From: Hypanus sabinus
Lineage: Eukaryota
NCBI RefSeq assembly: GCF_030144855.1
Contig: NC_082706.1
Coordinates: forward strand, 22,320,001 to 22,384,000
Reading direction: 5' to 3'
Length of the DNA stretch: 64,000 nucleotides
Of this stretch, positions 38,779 to 53,030 are shown one piece after another (within the stretch, counting starts at the first letter, position 1; each line of letters starts with the position of its first letter). Position numbers and translations under genes: made by a program. The notes below the pieces were generated by a model. The model saw only the letters and a list, made by a program, of their open reading frames with translations, ran no database searches and had not been told where the DNA came from.

Positions 38779-41700
38779 TGAAACGTCTCTTCACAAAGAA
38801 GAAGGAAAGTGGAGCTGAAGGACGGAAGATGGAGGTGGAGGAAGCCAAGAAGTCGAGCAAGTTCTTCATGTCCTTCTTGGAAAAGCCCGGAACAAGTAGT
38901 TTGACACGTTCCATGGAGTCGCCTGCACCTGCTACAAGTTTGTTAGAATCCACAGGTGGATCAAGTACAAATGCATCACAAGCTGAGGAGGAAGTCAAGT
39001 CAGATAAATCTGAGTATGATGAGATTAAGAGTGAGGCTGCCACAGAGAACGTGGACATGACAGGAGGGGAATATGATGATGGTGGTGGTGATGTTGAATT
39101 TATTGATGAAATTTTTCCTGACGAGATTGAACCTGATGACACTGAAACTAGTGAACTGGATGGTTTCAGAGAGCCTCGAACTGTCATACCAGAAGTGTTT
39201 GAACAACACGACACTGGACTTCTGAAGTTCAACAAGGATACTGGAAAAGCAATTCTGCCTGCCTCATTGAGAACAGAAATAATAAAGCTGGGTTCGACGT
39301 ATTTCCAGAACAGCGAGGGGCCTTTCCTACCAACAAATAACCACTCAATGAACAAAACTTGGTTCAAGAGGAAATTGGGAATTGGATGTGGTGAGGAAGT
39401 GACTTGCTCATGGCTGGTCTATTCCCCTTCTAAAAAATTTGCATTATGTATCCGTTGTCTTCTCTATTCCTGGTCAGATCATCAATCCTCATTGGATCAG
39501 GAAAGTGGATTCAACTAGTGGAAAGCAACTGAAAGGATTAGCGTTCATGAAAATGCCAAGAATCATTGGGAATGCTTCACACAGTGGAAAGAAATTTAGC
39601 TGGAAACAGAAGAGCTATTGACGTGGTCACAGATTTCAGACACAGATTGAGAAAGAAAAGCAGAAGTGGCGTGATATCTTGATGAGAATCCTTCACTACA
39701 TAAAATTCCTTGCGACTCAGAACCTGGCTTTGCGAGGACACAGGGAGTCACTTCAGCTAGACAGTGACTCCAATTGGGAAATTTCCTTGGCTTACTGAAA
39801 CTACTGGCCATCTTTAACTCTGTCATAAAAGAACACCTCACCCATTTGGAAAGTCATCCTGGATCCATGTCTTATCTTTCACCGGGTGTCCAGAACGAAT
39901 TCATCCACATGATGGCATCCACTGTTTGCCAGAGTTTACTGAGAAGTATTCATAAAGCCCAGTACTGTGGTCTCATGTTTGACTTGACTCCTGATCAGGC
40001 AAACCGTGAGCAGATGTCAGAAGTAGTGAGGTAAGTGGAAGTTGATTTTGAGAGGAAAACAGTCTGTGTCAGACAGCCCTTCCTTGGTTTTATCCAGATA
40101 AACCAGAAGGATGCTGACAGATTGGTTGAAGACATCTTGAAACAACTAGAGAAGGATGAAATGAAGCTACAAGATTGTCGGTCACAGTGCTATGACAACA
40201 CTGCTGTGTTGGCTGGACACAGAAGTGGTGTTCATGAAAGAATAAGTGAGAAAAACAACCGAAAAACAACCTGGAAGTGCTTGTGAATTGCGACACTCAT
40301 TCACTCAACTTGGTGGGTGTACATGCAGCCAAGCAGGATACAATGATGGTCACAGTTTTTGGAACCATCAAAGCTCTCTACATGTTTTTCTCTCATTCAG
40401 CACAGCACTGGGAAAAACTCTCAAAGCGCCATGTCTGTGGTTGTTAAGTCGGAGTCTGAAACCAGGTGGAGTGCAAGGACAGAAGCAGTGAAGCCCGTCA
40501 ACAAGTACCTTCGGGAGATACTTCAAGTTCTCCAGGATATGATAGACAATGAAAACGAGACCAGTGAAACAAGGCAGCTGTACAACCGCATGTTGAGTTA
40601 TGATTTTCTGGTTTTGCTAGGATTTTGGAACAAAGTACTCATTTGCATTGACCATATTCAAAAGAGGCTGCAGGATCCTAGCATGAACTTCCACGATGCT
40701 GCCCTGGATTTGAAAGCCCTCTAAGATCATTTTTATGATGAAAGAGAAGTGTTGGTCAGTGAGTCACTCAAAGAAGGAGTCGGTCTCTGTCAAGAATGGA
40801 ATATTGAATTTGAAAGATGTCAGAGATGAAAGAAACAAATGGCTGATGAGAACTTGAGAGACGCCGGGTTAACAGCTAAGGACGAAATGGAGTCATGAAG
40901 GGAACACTCGACCATCTTCGCAGAAAAATGGATGAAAGGTTTGCTCTTTTGCATGACAATGAAGCCAAATTTGGGTTCCTTCTTGATGTCGAGAGATTGT
41001 GTTACGGCGCCAACCGTAACAACCTAAAGAAGAAGTGCGAAAATTTGGGCGAATTGTACAGCTCTGATGTTGATGGACACCATCTATATGAAGAAATGTT
41101 GGATTGCGGAATGTTGCTATCAAGGTGGGTCAACATGAAAATATGAGAACCTGAAGAGCATCTTGAATTTATTGTTCAGTATGGAGATGAGAGCGTCTTC
41201 CCCAATCTTCGCATTGCTAACCACCACAGTTTCTATCACCAGCTGTGAGAGATCATTCAGCAAGTTAAAACTAATACTTTCGTATTTGAGCGCCTGATGC
41301 ACCATCAATAACTCTAGGAGTCTGGAAGTGAACAATAGGCTTTTATTAACAGCGAAAACGGGCATGACCATGTTGAAGACTGTGGGAGGAGTGGTGCCCC
41401 AATCACCTTTATACAGGGGTCTGTGGGAGGAGCCACAGGAGCAGTCAGCAGAGGGGCGTGTCCAGACAGGTATACATGGTTTACCACATTCACCTCTTTT
41501 TTTTAAAAGAGAGTCCCCATGGGGCGAAGTTCCTGACAAGTATATTAACAGGTCAAGTCTATCAGGCGGTCGAGTCCGTCGCTGCGATCTACATAGCACC
41601 GGTGACGGTGGTTGTGCTGGCTCTGGCCTGACTTGAGGTGCCAGCCCGTTAGGCATCAGTAACCCCTCATGCGTGTCCGTGTGCATGGTGCCCGGTACGG

Positions 41701-41836
41701 GAGTGTCATGAGGTGTCAAGACAGACTCTGTGATCTTGCTCTGCTGAGTGTAGAAAGAGAAGAAACTGAAAAACCTGACTTTGATCACATCGTAGACCGA
41801 TTTGCATCAGTGGAAGCAAGGAAGGTGCAGTTATAA
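38779..41836 (+). pseudogene. hAT transposase pseudogene (frameshifts, stops, LTR insertion)
   Basis: TTF zinc finger (WLVYSPSKKFALCIRCLL), LALRGHRE, GNFLGLLKLL, YLSPGVQNEFI, FDLTPD...EQMS, QCYDN, ETRWSAR and SCERSFSKLKLI dimerization motif. Confidence 0.88.
41295..41714 (-). mobile_element. Truncated Gypsy 3' end + 194-bp LTR (41295-41488) inside the hAT
   Basis: Minus strand: ...LCRSQRRTRPPDRLDL, PPT AAAAAAAAGAGGTGAA, then LTR TGTGGTAA...GCATCA. It interrupts the hAT at SYLSA|...QDRLCDLALLSVE. Confidence 0.8.
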
Positions 41837-43029
41837 TCTTCATGTAGTGCCATAATTTGTTAATTAAAAGATTAATGAGCTTGAGTTGTATTTTTGAGCT
41901 GATATTACGGTAAAGTTATCTGAAAGGTGAGTGTCAGATGTTTGGACAAGAGCGCAATTTCAGTGCTTGCCATAGACGCTATTTACCGTAGGTACGCCCC
42001 AGTGAACTAGGGATCATTTCCAATTAGAAAGTTATTTGTGGGGTGTTCTTTGGTTGTTTATAACGTGCATGTTTGTGAATGCTGGCCTTTGTCAGGTCTG
42101 CGTGATTCAACCCGGTGACTGATTGAGAACAAAGAGCCATAAATTACCACTTTTCACTTGCAATAAATGGATGCTGGCCTGGAGTAGAACCAATGAAAAG
42201 GTTTTAAAGGTCAGACAGGTCACATTGGAATGTGATATTCAATTTGCTCATAAATTAATATAAAAGCAGACGCTTCAAGTGTGCTGACAGTGGTAAATCT
42301 GTAGGAGAACAACTATTGTGGATGGGAGGTGCCCCACAGACACTTGGCGACTCAAAACAGGACTGCAAGGAACGTGGCCAGCATCAGAAGCTCCTTTTTA
42401 ATTGTTGTTATATCTTCTGTTCTTTGATGTTCATGGAAGGCCAGGAAAAATTAGTAGGTGTGCACACAGGTATCAGCTGTGTAAGTTCACCAGTTCTTCT
42501 GCTAAGACAATAAAGGCACTTGTCAGTAATTACAAATTCTGTGTCTCCCTGTTCATTATCACAAGGGTGATTCTTGTAACAGAGGCCTATAAATAATTCC
42601 CATCAGGGTCTTTTTCGCCCTTGCTGTTTCATAAATCTACTCACAAGGATTCCATATCTTCTGATCCTATGTCACCACTTTCTAAGGATTTGATTTCATT
42701 TTTTACTAACACCTTCTCCCTTCCTCTTGTCCATTCGACGCAATGTACTCTCTTGGATATCAAGCTCTCCACTTGGTCTGCTTTCAACATGACTCAGTGA
42801 TGCCTACAACATCATATCTGCCAATTTCTAACTCTGCAACAAGATCCTCTACCTTATTCTGTATACTGCTTGCATTCAAATATACTGCCTTCAATCCTTT
42901 GAAACCATAACCCGATGAATTATTCGTGCTGTATTAATTACATTCAGGACTGAATTAGATGGATTTTTGTTCTACAAGTGAGTCAATATTTCAAGAGGAT
43001 AAAGAAGGAAAACGGAGTTGAGGATCCTT

Positions 43030-45005
43030 CACTGAACCCTGGAACATCTGGACAGCAAAGATGCATATGTCAGGATTCTCCTTATTGAGTACAGCTCAGC
43101 ATTCAATACCATCATCCCTTCAATACTAATCAATAAAGTTCAAGACTTTGGCTTCACTACCTCCTTGGATCCTTGATTTTCTCACTCTCAGACCCCAGTC
43201 AGTTTGGACTGGCAACAACATCTCCTCCACAATCTCCATCAACACAGGTGAACCATGAGGCTGTGTGCTTAGCCCCCTGCTCTAATCAAAGTTCAAAAGT
43301 TCAAAGTAAAGTTTATTATCAGAGTACATGCATGTCACCACATACAACCCTGGGATTCTTTTTCTGCAGGCAGACCTAACAGATATATGTACGGTCTAGA
43401 ACAATAACTGTAAACAGGATCAATGGACAACAAACTGTGCAAATGCAGATATAAATAGATAATGAGCATGAAATAATAAGATAAAGAGTATTTAAGGTGA
43501 GACCATTGGTTATGGGACTCTTTATCTTGTTATTTCATGCTTTCTTTTATTGCTATTTGTTTATATCTCCTCCACAATCTCCATCAACACACGCAGGGTG
43601 AAGGCCGTGTGCTTCACCCCTCTGCTCTAATCGCTTTACACTTATGACTGTGACACCTCCAAGGCAGAGGAGTACCGATGTCCGTACAACTGGCCCGGGT
43701 GCAAGGTTGGGTCACTCTGGGCACCAAGCCAATTTGGAGGAATCGAGAGCGGCCTTGGGCTGGCAGTGAAATCTGGGTCCCCAGACCGAGTCACTGGGTG
43801 GCGTCGTCTAGGCCTGGAGCCTTTCTCTGCAGCAGTGCCTGGGATCTAGTGTCAGGTACGAGGTGCTGGTTGGAACGCCAGCCCAGATAGACTGGAAAGA
43901 CAGAGTGTTGGGAATGGAGGCGAAAGCCGATTTCACCTGCTCTCCCACCATGTTCACTCCTCTCTCTGTGGCACTGAGGCTATGATGACAGCCTCCGGCT
44001 GCTGTGCTCCATGCCCACTAATATGAAGGACTGATACTGAGGCTTTGGGCCTACTCCGGGTTGCTCCGTGGTTCGGATCCAAGAACTCATTTTGGTTCAG
44101 AATGTTGTTGCTTACTTCTACTGTTGGCACGATTTGTGTTTTCCCCCCTTTCTCTGTGCATTGGGTGTTAAATTGGATTCTTTCCGATTTCTTGCTTTGT
44201 GGCTGCAAGCAAACAAATCCCAAAGTTGTATAATTATATACTCTTTTATAAACTTTGAGGTGGAGAGGGTCAGCAACTTTAAAGTTTATTATTGGACCAG
44301 GACTTAAGTGCAATTATGAAGAAAGCATGGTAGCACCTCTCCTTCCTTAGGAGTTTGCAAAGATTCAGCATGACATCTAAAACAGACTTCTATAGATGTG
44401 TGGTGGGGAGTATATTGACTGGCAGCATCACAGCCTGGCATGGAAACACGAATGCCCTTGAATGGAAAAATTCTACAAACAGTAATGGATACAGCCCAGT
44501 CCATCATAGACAAAGCCCTCCCCACCATTGAGCACATCTACATAAAATGTTGTTGCAGGAAAGCAGTATCCATTATCAGAGTTCCCCAGCACCCAGGACA
44601 TGCTCTCTTCTCGCTGCTGTATCAGGAAGAAGAAGAAAGAGGAGCCTCAGGACTCGCAACAACTAGGTTCAGGAACAGGTACTGCCCCTCAACCGTCAGG
44701 GTCTTTGAACCAAAAGGGATGACTTAACGCAACTTCAATTGCCTCAACATTGAACTGTTCCCACAGCCAATGGACTCATTTTCAAGGACTCCTTATCTCA
44801 CGTTCTCCTTTGTGTATGTATTTGTAGTTGTACAGTTTGTTGTCTTTTGCACATTGGTTGAGTGCCCAGCTTAGTGTGGTCTTTCATAATTCCATTATGA
44901 TTATTATTCTATTATGTACTTGTTGAGTATGTCCACAAGAAAATGAATCTCATGGTTGTATGTAATGATGTATGTACTTTGATAATAAATTTGCTTTGAA
45001 ACTTG
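43030..45005 (+). mobile_element. Nested Rex1/Babar LINE fragments and other short repeats
   Basis: [11 protein letters not shown]-like and GCVLSPLL-like RT remnants (43080-43285, partly repeated at 43567-43650), 3' part at 44250-44730 and TAATAAATTTGCTTTGAA tail. Confidence 0.65.
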
Positions 45006-45817
45006 AAACTCAGATCAGATATAATCTTATTGAATAGCCAAGTAGGATGAAACATTTGTGTCGAGAATCTCAAACTTCTGATCTGGCGATTTTGTCTGAT
45101 AAAGCTGTACCTGCTTTTGGCTCCTTTTCTCCGAGCACCGTTGTGAGCTACAAGCCCTTTTAAACTTTTTTGTGCCAGAAGTCTGTACACTTCTTGCGTT
45201 TCGTCTGAGTGCTCCTCCCACATTCCAAAGACATATATGGACTTGTAGGTTAATTGATCACGTGGTGTAATTGGGGAGGGGCAGGCTTGTTGGGCCAGAA
45301 GCCAGAAGGGTCTGTAAGTCTGCTGTATGTCTAAATGAAATTTTTTTAAAATTTCAATCCCAAAATACTTCTTTCTTCAGTGTGGTTGAACGTGGACTTA
45401 ACTGGAAATGCAGATCACCTTGGAAACTTCCTCGGGTAAGACACCATTGCACATTTGACAGGATTTCCTCTTTGTGGGTTCATGCAGAGATCCTTGTAGA
45501 GTATTTGGAGTGCTATCCTGGAAGAGGATGTCACTGGTTACCTGAGATGGATATGTTATTGTAATGAAGTACTGGTTTGAGACATTTCTAAAGTAGTTCA
45601 TTGCAGGGGCAAACTGAAAGGCCTCAAGGAGTTGGTGTTCGAAATAACAGACTATTTATTAAAAACTCGTGCACACCAGGAGACCCGTCAAAGCTTATCT
45701 ACCTGAGCATGAATTTGGTACAGCTTTTACATTCTCATGTGACTAGATTTCCAGCAAAACTACATTTTGTAACAGAATGGTGGTTGCAGAAATACTTAAT
45801 TAAGTAACAGACTAGGT

Positions 45818-48220
45818 CAATAGACAGTAGGTGCAGGTGTAGGCCATTCGGCCCTTCTAGCCAGCACCGCCATTCACTGTGATCATGGCTGATCATACAC
45901 ACAGTACCCCGTTCCTGCCCTCTCCCCATATCCCTTGACCCTGCTATCTATAAAAGCTCTATCTAACTCTCTCTTGAATGCATCCAGAGACTTGGCCTCC
46001 ACTGCCTTCTGGGGCAGAGCATTCCACTTATCCACCGCTCTCTGGGTGAAAAAGTTTTTCCGCATCTCTGTTCTAAATGGCCTACCCCTTATTCTTAAAC
46101 TGTGGCTTCTAGTTCTGGACTCACCCATCAGTGGGAATATGCTTCCTGCCTCCAGTGTGTCCAATCCCTTAATAATCTTATATGTTTCAATCAGATCCCC
46201 TCTCATCCTTCTAAATACCAGTGTAAAGCCCAGTTGCTCCAATCTTTCAACATATGACAGTCTCGCCATTCCGGGAATTAACCTCGTGAACCTACGCTGC
46301 ACTCCCTCAATAGCAAGAATGTCCTTCCTCAAATTTGGAGACCAAAAATGCACACAATACTCCAGGTGGGGTCTCACTCAATTCCTCTTGTTATAAAAGC
46401 CAGCATGCCATTAGCTTTCTTCACTACCTGTTGTACCTGCATGCTTGCTTTCATTGACTGATGTACAAGAACACCTAGATCTCGTTGTACTTCCCATTTT
46501 CCTAACTTGACTCCATTTAGATAGTAATCTGCCTTCCTGTTCTTGCCACCAAAGTGGATAACCTCACATTTATCCACATTAAACTGCATCTGCCATACAT
46601 TTTCCCACTCACCCAACCTGTCCAAGTCACTCTGCATTCTCATAACATCCTCCTGACATTTCACACTGCCACCCAGCTTTGTGTCATCAGCAAATTTGCT
46701 AATGTTACTTTTAATCCCTTCATCTAAATCATTAATGTATATTGTAAACAGCTGCGGTCCCAGCACTGAACCTTGCAGTACCCCACTGGTCACAGCCTGC
46801 CATTCCAAAAGGGACCCGTTAGTCACTACTCTTTGTTTCCTGTCAGCCGGCCAATTTTCAATCCATGTCAGTACTTTGCCCCCAATATAAGTGCCCTAAT
46901 TTTGCCCACTAATCTCCTACGTGGGACTTTATCAAAACCTTTCTGGAAGTCCAGGTACACTACATCCACTGGCTCTCCCTTGTCCATTTTCATAGTTACA
47001 TCCTCAAAAAACTCCAGAAGATTAGTCAAGCATGATTTTCCCTTCATAAATCCATGCTGACTCGGACTGATCCTTCTACTGTTATCCAAATGTGTTGTAA
47101 TTTCCTCTTTTATAATTGACTCCAGCATCTTTCCCACCACTGACGTCAGGCTAACCGGTCTATAATTCCCTGTTTTCTCTCTCTCTCCTTTCTTGAAAAG
47201 TGGGACAACATTAGCCACCCTCCAATCAGCAGGAACTGTTCCTGAATCTATAGAACATTGGAAAATGATTACCAATGCATCCACGATTTCTAGAGCCACC
47301 TCTTTAAGTACCCTGGGATGCAAACCATCAGGTCCTAGGGACTTATCAGCCTTCAGACTCAACAGTCTATCCAACACCGTTTCTTGCCTAATATAAATTT
47401 CCTTCAGTTCATCCTTTACCCTAGTTCCTTTAGCCACTATTACATCTGGGAGATTGTTTGTGTCTTCCCTAGTGAAGATAGATCAAAAGTACCTGTTAAC
47501 TCATCTGCTATTTTCTTGTTCCCCATAATAAATTCACCCGTTTCTGTCTTCAATGGCCCAATTTTGGTCTTAACTATTTTTTTGCTATTCACATACCTCC
47601 TTTATGTTCTTGGCTAGTTTATCTTCGTACCTCATTTTTTCTTGGCGTATTGCCTTTTTTGTTATCTTCTGTTGCTCTTTAAACGCTTCCCAGTCCTCCT
47701 GTTTCCCGCTCATCTTTGCTATGTTATACTTCTTCTCTTTTAGTTTTTATACTGCCCTTTACTTCCCTCGTCAGCCACCGCCGCCCCTTACTCCCCTTAG
47801 GATCTTTCTTCCTCTTTGGAATGAACCGATCCTGCACCTTCTGCATTATTCTCAGAAATACCTGCCATTTTTGTTCCACTGTCTTCCCTGCTAGGGTATT
47901 GTTCCATTGAACTTTGGCCAGCTCCTCCCTCATAGCTCCATAGTTCCCTTTGTTCAACTGTAATACTGACACACCCGATTTTCCCTTCTCCTTCTCAAAT
48001 TGTAGGTTAAAACATATCATATTATGGTCACTACCTCCTAATGGTTCCTTTACCTCGAGGTCCCTGATCAAATCCGGTTCATAGCACAACACTAAATCTA
48101 GAATTGCCTTCTCCCTGGTAGGCTCCAGTACAAGCTGTTTTAAGAATCCATCTCAGAGGCACTCCACAAACTCCCTTTCTTGGGGTCCAGTATCATTCTG
48201 ATTCTCCCAGTCTACCTGCA
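45818..48220 (-). mobile_element. CR1 (HER1-like) LINE, relatively well preserved, 5'-truncated
   Basis: ORFs 47724-48092 (GSDHN), 46868-47437 (GPDGLHPRVLKE, NYRPVSLTS, YLDFQK), 46374-46826 (QGSVLGP, KFADDTK) and 45883-46377; 3' tail at 45818. Confidence 0.92.
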
Positions 48221-49099
48221 AACCACATCTGTAGAAAAGTGTACAGGTCCTGAGGTACTGATTGCTGAATAAAATTATTACACTGGACAGCAAATTTTTT
48301 TGTATTATTTCCTCGGAATTTTTTTTAATGTTTATGATAGGCAACTTGAAGCTGAACACAAATTAATTCAGACTACTTGTATCATGTTGAAATTTGGAGA
48401 AACAAGAAATTAACTTTTATTGAATATAATGTTTAATTGCATAATGGCGCTGACACTTTGTAATACTGTAGTTTAACTAAGCTAAAAATGCTTTGTTGCT
48501 GATTTTTGTTTGTGCTCAGTGTCTGCAACTTCTCATTTAAGTGTCCAACAATAACGGGACAGCATTTCTGGTTTCCAGTTGCCCTGATACTGTTTCTCCA
48601 TGACTGCAATATCCTGGTGAAACCTTTCACCATGCTTGTTAACTAAAGTACTTTATTAACTGAACTATAAATGTCATGGATACGGCAGGAAAGAGGCTGC
48701 AGTGTGTGTATATGTGTGTGTGTTTTCAACTTTGTTATTTTCATTTCAGATTAACTGAGAAACCATATGACCTGCTGTTCCTCCAGCATTTTGTGTGTCT
48801 TGCAAAAAGTGTTGTTTAATGTGAATAAGTGATGGATTAGATTTGCAGTAGGTCCTAGATTTTCCTGTTGCTCAAGTACCATAGAACTAAGTGGCCTACC
48901 CAGATTTGTGGCCTATTGTGCATTCCCAGCATTCATTTGCAGTGTGCAGATCAATACCAGGAACCCAAGCCTCCGGTCAAAGGATCCTTGTGGGGCCCAT
49001 TTTTCCAGTAGTCCTACCCCAGCTCACCCATCAATTCTTCCCACATTCCCAATCAACCCTCCACCAAATTTTACTGCTCACTCAGATATAGAAGGAAGT

Positions 49100-49280
49100 T
49101 AGTTTACAATGGACAGTTACCCTTAACGATCTGCACACATTCTGAGATCAGAGAGAAAACCAGAGCATGTGGAAGGAACACATGAGGTGACAGGGAGAAG
49201 TTGCAAACTTCAAAACAGACAGCATCAAAGGTCCGGATTGAATCCAGGTCATTGGTGCTCTGAGGCAACAGCACTGCTAA
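49100..49280 (-). mobile_element. HE1-like V-SINE (degraded)
   Basis: GAAAACCAGAGCA...ACAGGGAGAAGTTGCAAACTTC...GGATTGAATCCAGG. Confidence 0.55.
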
Positions 49281-52200
49281 TAGAGACATAGAGTAGAGGC
49301 CCTGCAGCCCACCATTCCCATGTTGACCTTTTGCCCATCTGCTCTATTCTCATTTGCCTGTATTATCATTCTATTCTTCGTTTGTTCATTCATTGTGTGC
49401 CATGTCGTATGACCATGATTGTTCTTGCTAGACTTTTCTACAGATGTGGTTTGCCCTTGCCTTTTTTGGGGCAATGTCTTTACAAGACAGGTGACCCCAG
49501 CCTTTATCAATACTCTTCGGAGAATATCTGCCTGGCATCAGTGGTTGCCTAACCACAACTTGAGATATGCACCAGCTGCTCAAACGACCATCCACCACCT
49601 ACTCCCATGGCTTCACATGGCCTGGATTGGGGTCTAAACAGGTGCTACACACTTGCCCAAGGGCGACCTGCAGGCTAGCAGAGGGAAGGAATGCTTTCGG
49701 TAGAGATGTATCTCCAACTTTCCCTATCTAGGTGCCTGTCTACATTTCTCTTTAAATTGTATCTGATTCTACCAGCCCCTTTGGCACTGATTTCTAGATA
49801 TCAACCATAATGTATTATGGTAAGACAATCACAGGAGCATCATGTACAGCACATCAGAGAAACCAGATTCTCCTGTCTATACTTCTCATTGCCTCAGCAG
49901 CATAATCCAAAGTCTCCAGATAGTAAGAAGTATGTGTAGTATGTGTGGGCCTCTGTTAGTCTCAATAAATCATGGATTTGCACCTTGGAAAGTTTCCAGT
50001 GCGCAAGCCTGGGCAAGGTTTTTTTTTAATGAAAGACCGGCAGTTGCCCAAGCTGCAAGTCTCCCCTCTCCACGCAACCAATGTTATCCGATGCCACCAA
50101 GAGCATTAGGACCCATACAGCTTGGCACTGTTGTTGTTGCAGAGCAATGTGTGGTTAAGTGCCTTGCTCAAGGATACACACGCAAGTCTCAGCCAAGGTT
50201 CGAACTAGTGACCTTCAGATAACTAGACGAACACCTTAACCACTTGGCCACACCAAGTGAGAAGTATAGACAGAGTCCAAAGAGAGGAGGCTGATTTCTG
50301 TGATGTGCTGAACTGTGCCCTCAACTCTAACTGTACTTTTACTAATTTGCTTGGCATGTGTGGTCAGCAGCAATAATTTAGATTGTCAGCACCATCCTTT
50401 GGCAATTGAATTGCATAAAGCAACAATAAAACTGTGTAAGTTAACTGGTTTCCATGATGTGCAGCTCTGTGCATTGGTACATTTACTCTATTTCAGTTAG
50501 TCATGTGAGGAGCCCATATTACTATATCTTTCCTACCTCTCCATGTGAAAGGTGGTAACTTCTAAATTCAATGTAAATAGAATAATATTTACATCAAGCC
50601 TATGGGACAAGAACAGACCTTTTCACTCATCTGGTCTATTCCAACAAACAAATCTCATCCAAGATCTTTTCATCCCATCCAATCACCATTTTCTTCAATT
50701 CCCTTCTCCTTCATGTGTTTATCTAATTTCCATAGGGCCATTAAATATAGGAGCAGAATTAGGCTATTTGGCCCATTGAGTCTGCTCCGCCATATCATCA
50801 TGGCTGATCCATTCTCCCTCATAGCCCCAGTCTCCTGCCTGCTCCCTAATTTCCCCTCAAGTATCACCTCATTATTCAATCCATTTACTCTTTAATAAAG
50901 AAGTTTCCTCATTTTGTCACTCTCTGGGTAATGAAAATTATCTTAAATTCTCCATTGGAGTTTTTAGTACAGATGAGTTGGTTAATTGCTGATACACAAA
51001 AGGAGACAAGGTTACCACAGTTAAAAACCTATTCCCCCACCCCCATTTAGCAAGATTAAGACTTAGCTGTGACATTGCTCCATACTTTCACACATCACTG
51101 AATAGCCCAGGTTTAAAATTAACAACTCACCTTGTACCAGTTGTGAATTCTGGAAAAGTGAGTTAAAATTTCCACCACACTCTCAGTGTAGTTGTGTTTT
51201 CCCAGTCACACTCCAGAATGTTTGACCTTTATACTTTATATAATGGCCTCGCCATAGACAATCCCAAATCCAAGCTTCCCCACCAAGCAGACAATACTGG
51301 ATAAAAACTCAGTTCCCACTGGTTATGACAAATGAATTATAAAGAAGCTGCCGGTTAAGAGAGGAAATGATTTGGAGGGCTTTAAGATGGGAGTTCAGAT
51401 ACATTATACAGCCATAAACAGCAGGGGGAAGAATCCATTTACAGCTTACACCGTTTATAATCAGAGGCCTCCGCTGGTCAGGGTCGACCATGGATGTTGC
51501 ACCTTAGCTGTGTCTGGATACGCACGCCTGTGCAGTACAATATGGAGAACAAGCTGTTGCCCATGTAGCAAGTTCCCCTCTCCACGCATCTGATGAACCC
51601 AAAGGAACACAGAGACCGATAGAGTTTGATACCAGCAGGATTTCAGGAGTTGCCAGTCGGTGTTGAACTCAACCTACAACTGCCTTAGAGACACCAGCTC
51701 CAGAATTTTCCCTGAGGATTTACTCCTGAAGTCTTCCCTGTGAGTAGGTATAGACGCAAGGCAGCGGAGGTTTCTGATCAGAGTCTTCCTTCTCTGGATG
51801 AGCTGCTGACAAGCCCCATTGTCCAAAGTGATTTGGTTTTGAGGCGCCAATAAACCGCCTTGGCCCCTTTATCACCCCTGGCTATAACACACCATTTAAA
51901 GTAGTAGTTGTAGAACTTAAAATGGAATCAGGAAACAGGCAGGATTAACAATAAGGGAAAAACTTTCAAATTCCAACATGGAATGGACGGCCTCTTTTAC
52001 ACTAAAATTGATTGGAAAGGAAGGCTGTTGAGTCAATGAAAGGATTCTTTGTGTACTGATGAACTATTGGAATGATAATGGGAATAAGATTAATCAGCAG
52101 GAACAAAAGTAAGATCTAAATGTTGAGATTCTTTTTACTGCTATTATGTTGTGAGTTTCTTTATTAAAAATTAATTAATATCTTATGACATTGGAAATTC

Positions 52201-52809
52201 CAGCCATTTTTCCATTGGATGGCATTGTTACAATAGATATATATGGAAAAGGAAATGAAATTGATAAATTGAATGAAATGTCTTTACCAAGTTAATAAAA
52301 GTGGAATTTGATGAGAAATACAATGTCTTTGGATAAAGAAGTGAGTAAACTTCAATGGGATACAGAGTTTAATGTGGAATATTCTGGTAAGACAACTTAT
52401 GATAATTGGAGTACTCTGTAGCTTCTCAGAACCTCGAAGCCAAATAGCGGAAGGAAACTATAAGTCACAAGAGTAGGTCACGAATCATCTCTAGGGTGTT
52501 CTGCTCCCATTGCCTCTGTTCCTGCTCTCTTCACATTCAATTCATTCCAGTTGTATTGGAAACTCTCTCGCAGTTTCAGCCCTGAACACCATTAACAACT
52601 CAGCACTCGCAGTCCTGAGGAAGTGGCGAACTGCAAACACATACACTCTGCTGCATAAATAAATCCATTCTAAGGTCTTAAATGCTGGTGGACTTGATCC
52701 TGAGATCCTCCACCCTGAAGAAACATTTTCTCAGTTATCAACTCAGCTCTGCCTTTTCCTATTATATCCACTAAAGCCAGCTCCTTGGAGGAGGATACTA
52801 CAAAATACC

Positions 52810-53030
52810 AGGGCGGCACAGTAGCATTGAGGTTAGCGCAACACTTTACAGTACAGGAGACCCGGGTTCAATTCCCACCTTTGCCTGGACCACATGTGTT
52901 TCCTCCGGGTACTCCGGTTTCCTCTCACAGTCCAAAGATGTACTGGCTGGTAGGTCCTGTGACTGTGATTAGGATTAAATTAGAACTGCTGGGTGGTGCA
53001 GCTCAAAGGGCCCACTCAACCCTACTCTAA
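52810..53030 (+). mobile_element. HE1-like V-SINE
   Basis: GGGCGGCACAGTAGC...GGTTAGC, CCGGGTTCAATTCCC (B-box) and TTTCCTCCGGGTACTCCGGTTTCCTC core. Confidence 0.75.

Larger units (their letters stand above)
38563..42002 (+). mobile_element. Full-length decayed hAT DNA transposon (Tip100/ZMYM1-like transposase)
   Basis: Perfect 8-bp TSD TGAACTAG (38555-38562 / 42003-42010); imperfect TIRs CAGTGGCATATCTA / TAGGTACGCCCCAG; transposase fragments inside. Confidence 0.9.

Noticed and set aside
38763-39518. 251-aa ORF as a domesticated ZMYM-like host gene
   Set aside because: It lies inside a TIR/TSD-bounded hAT with many stops and frameshifts downstream.
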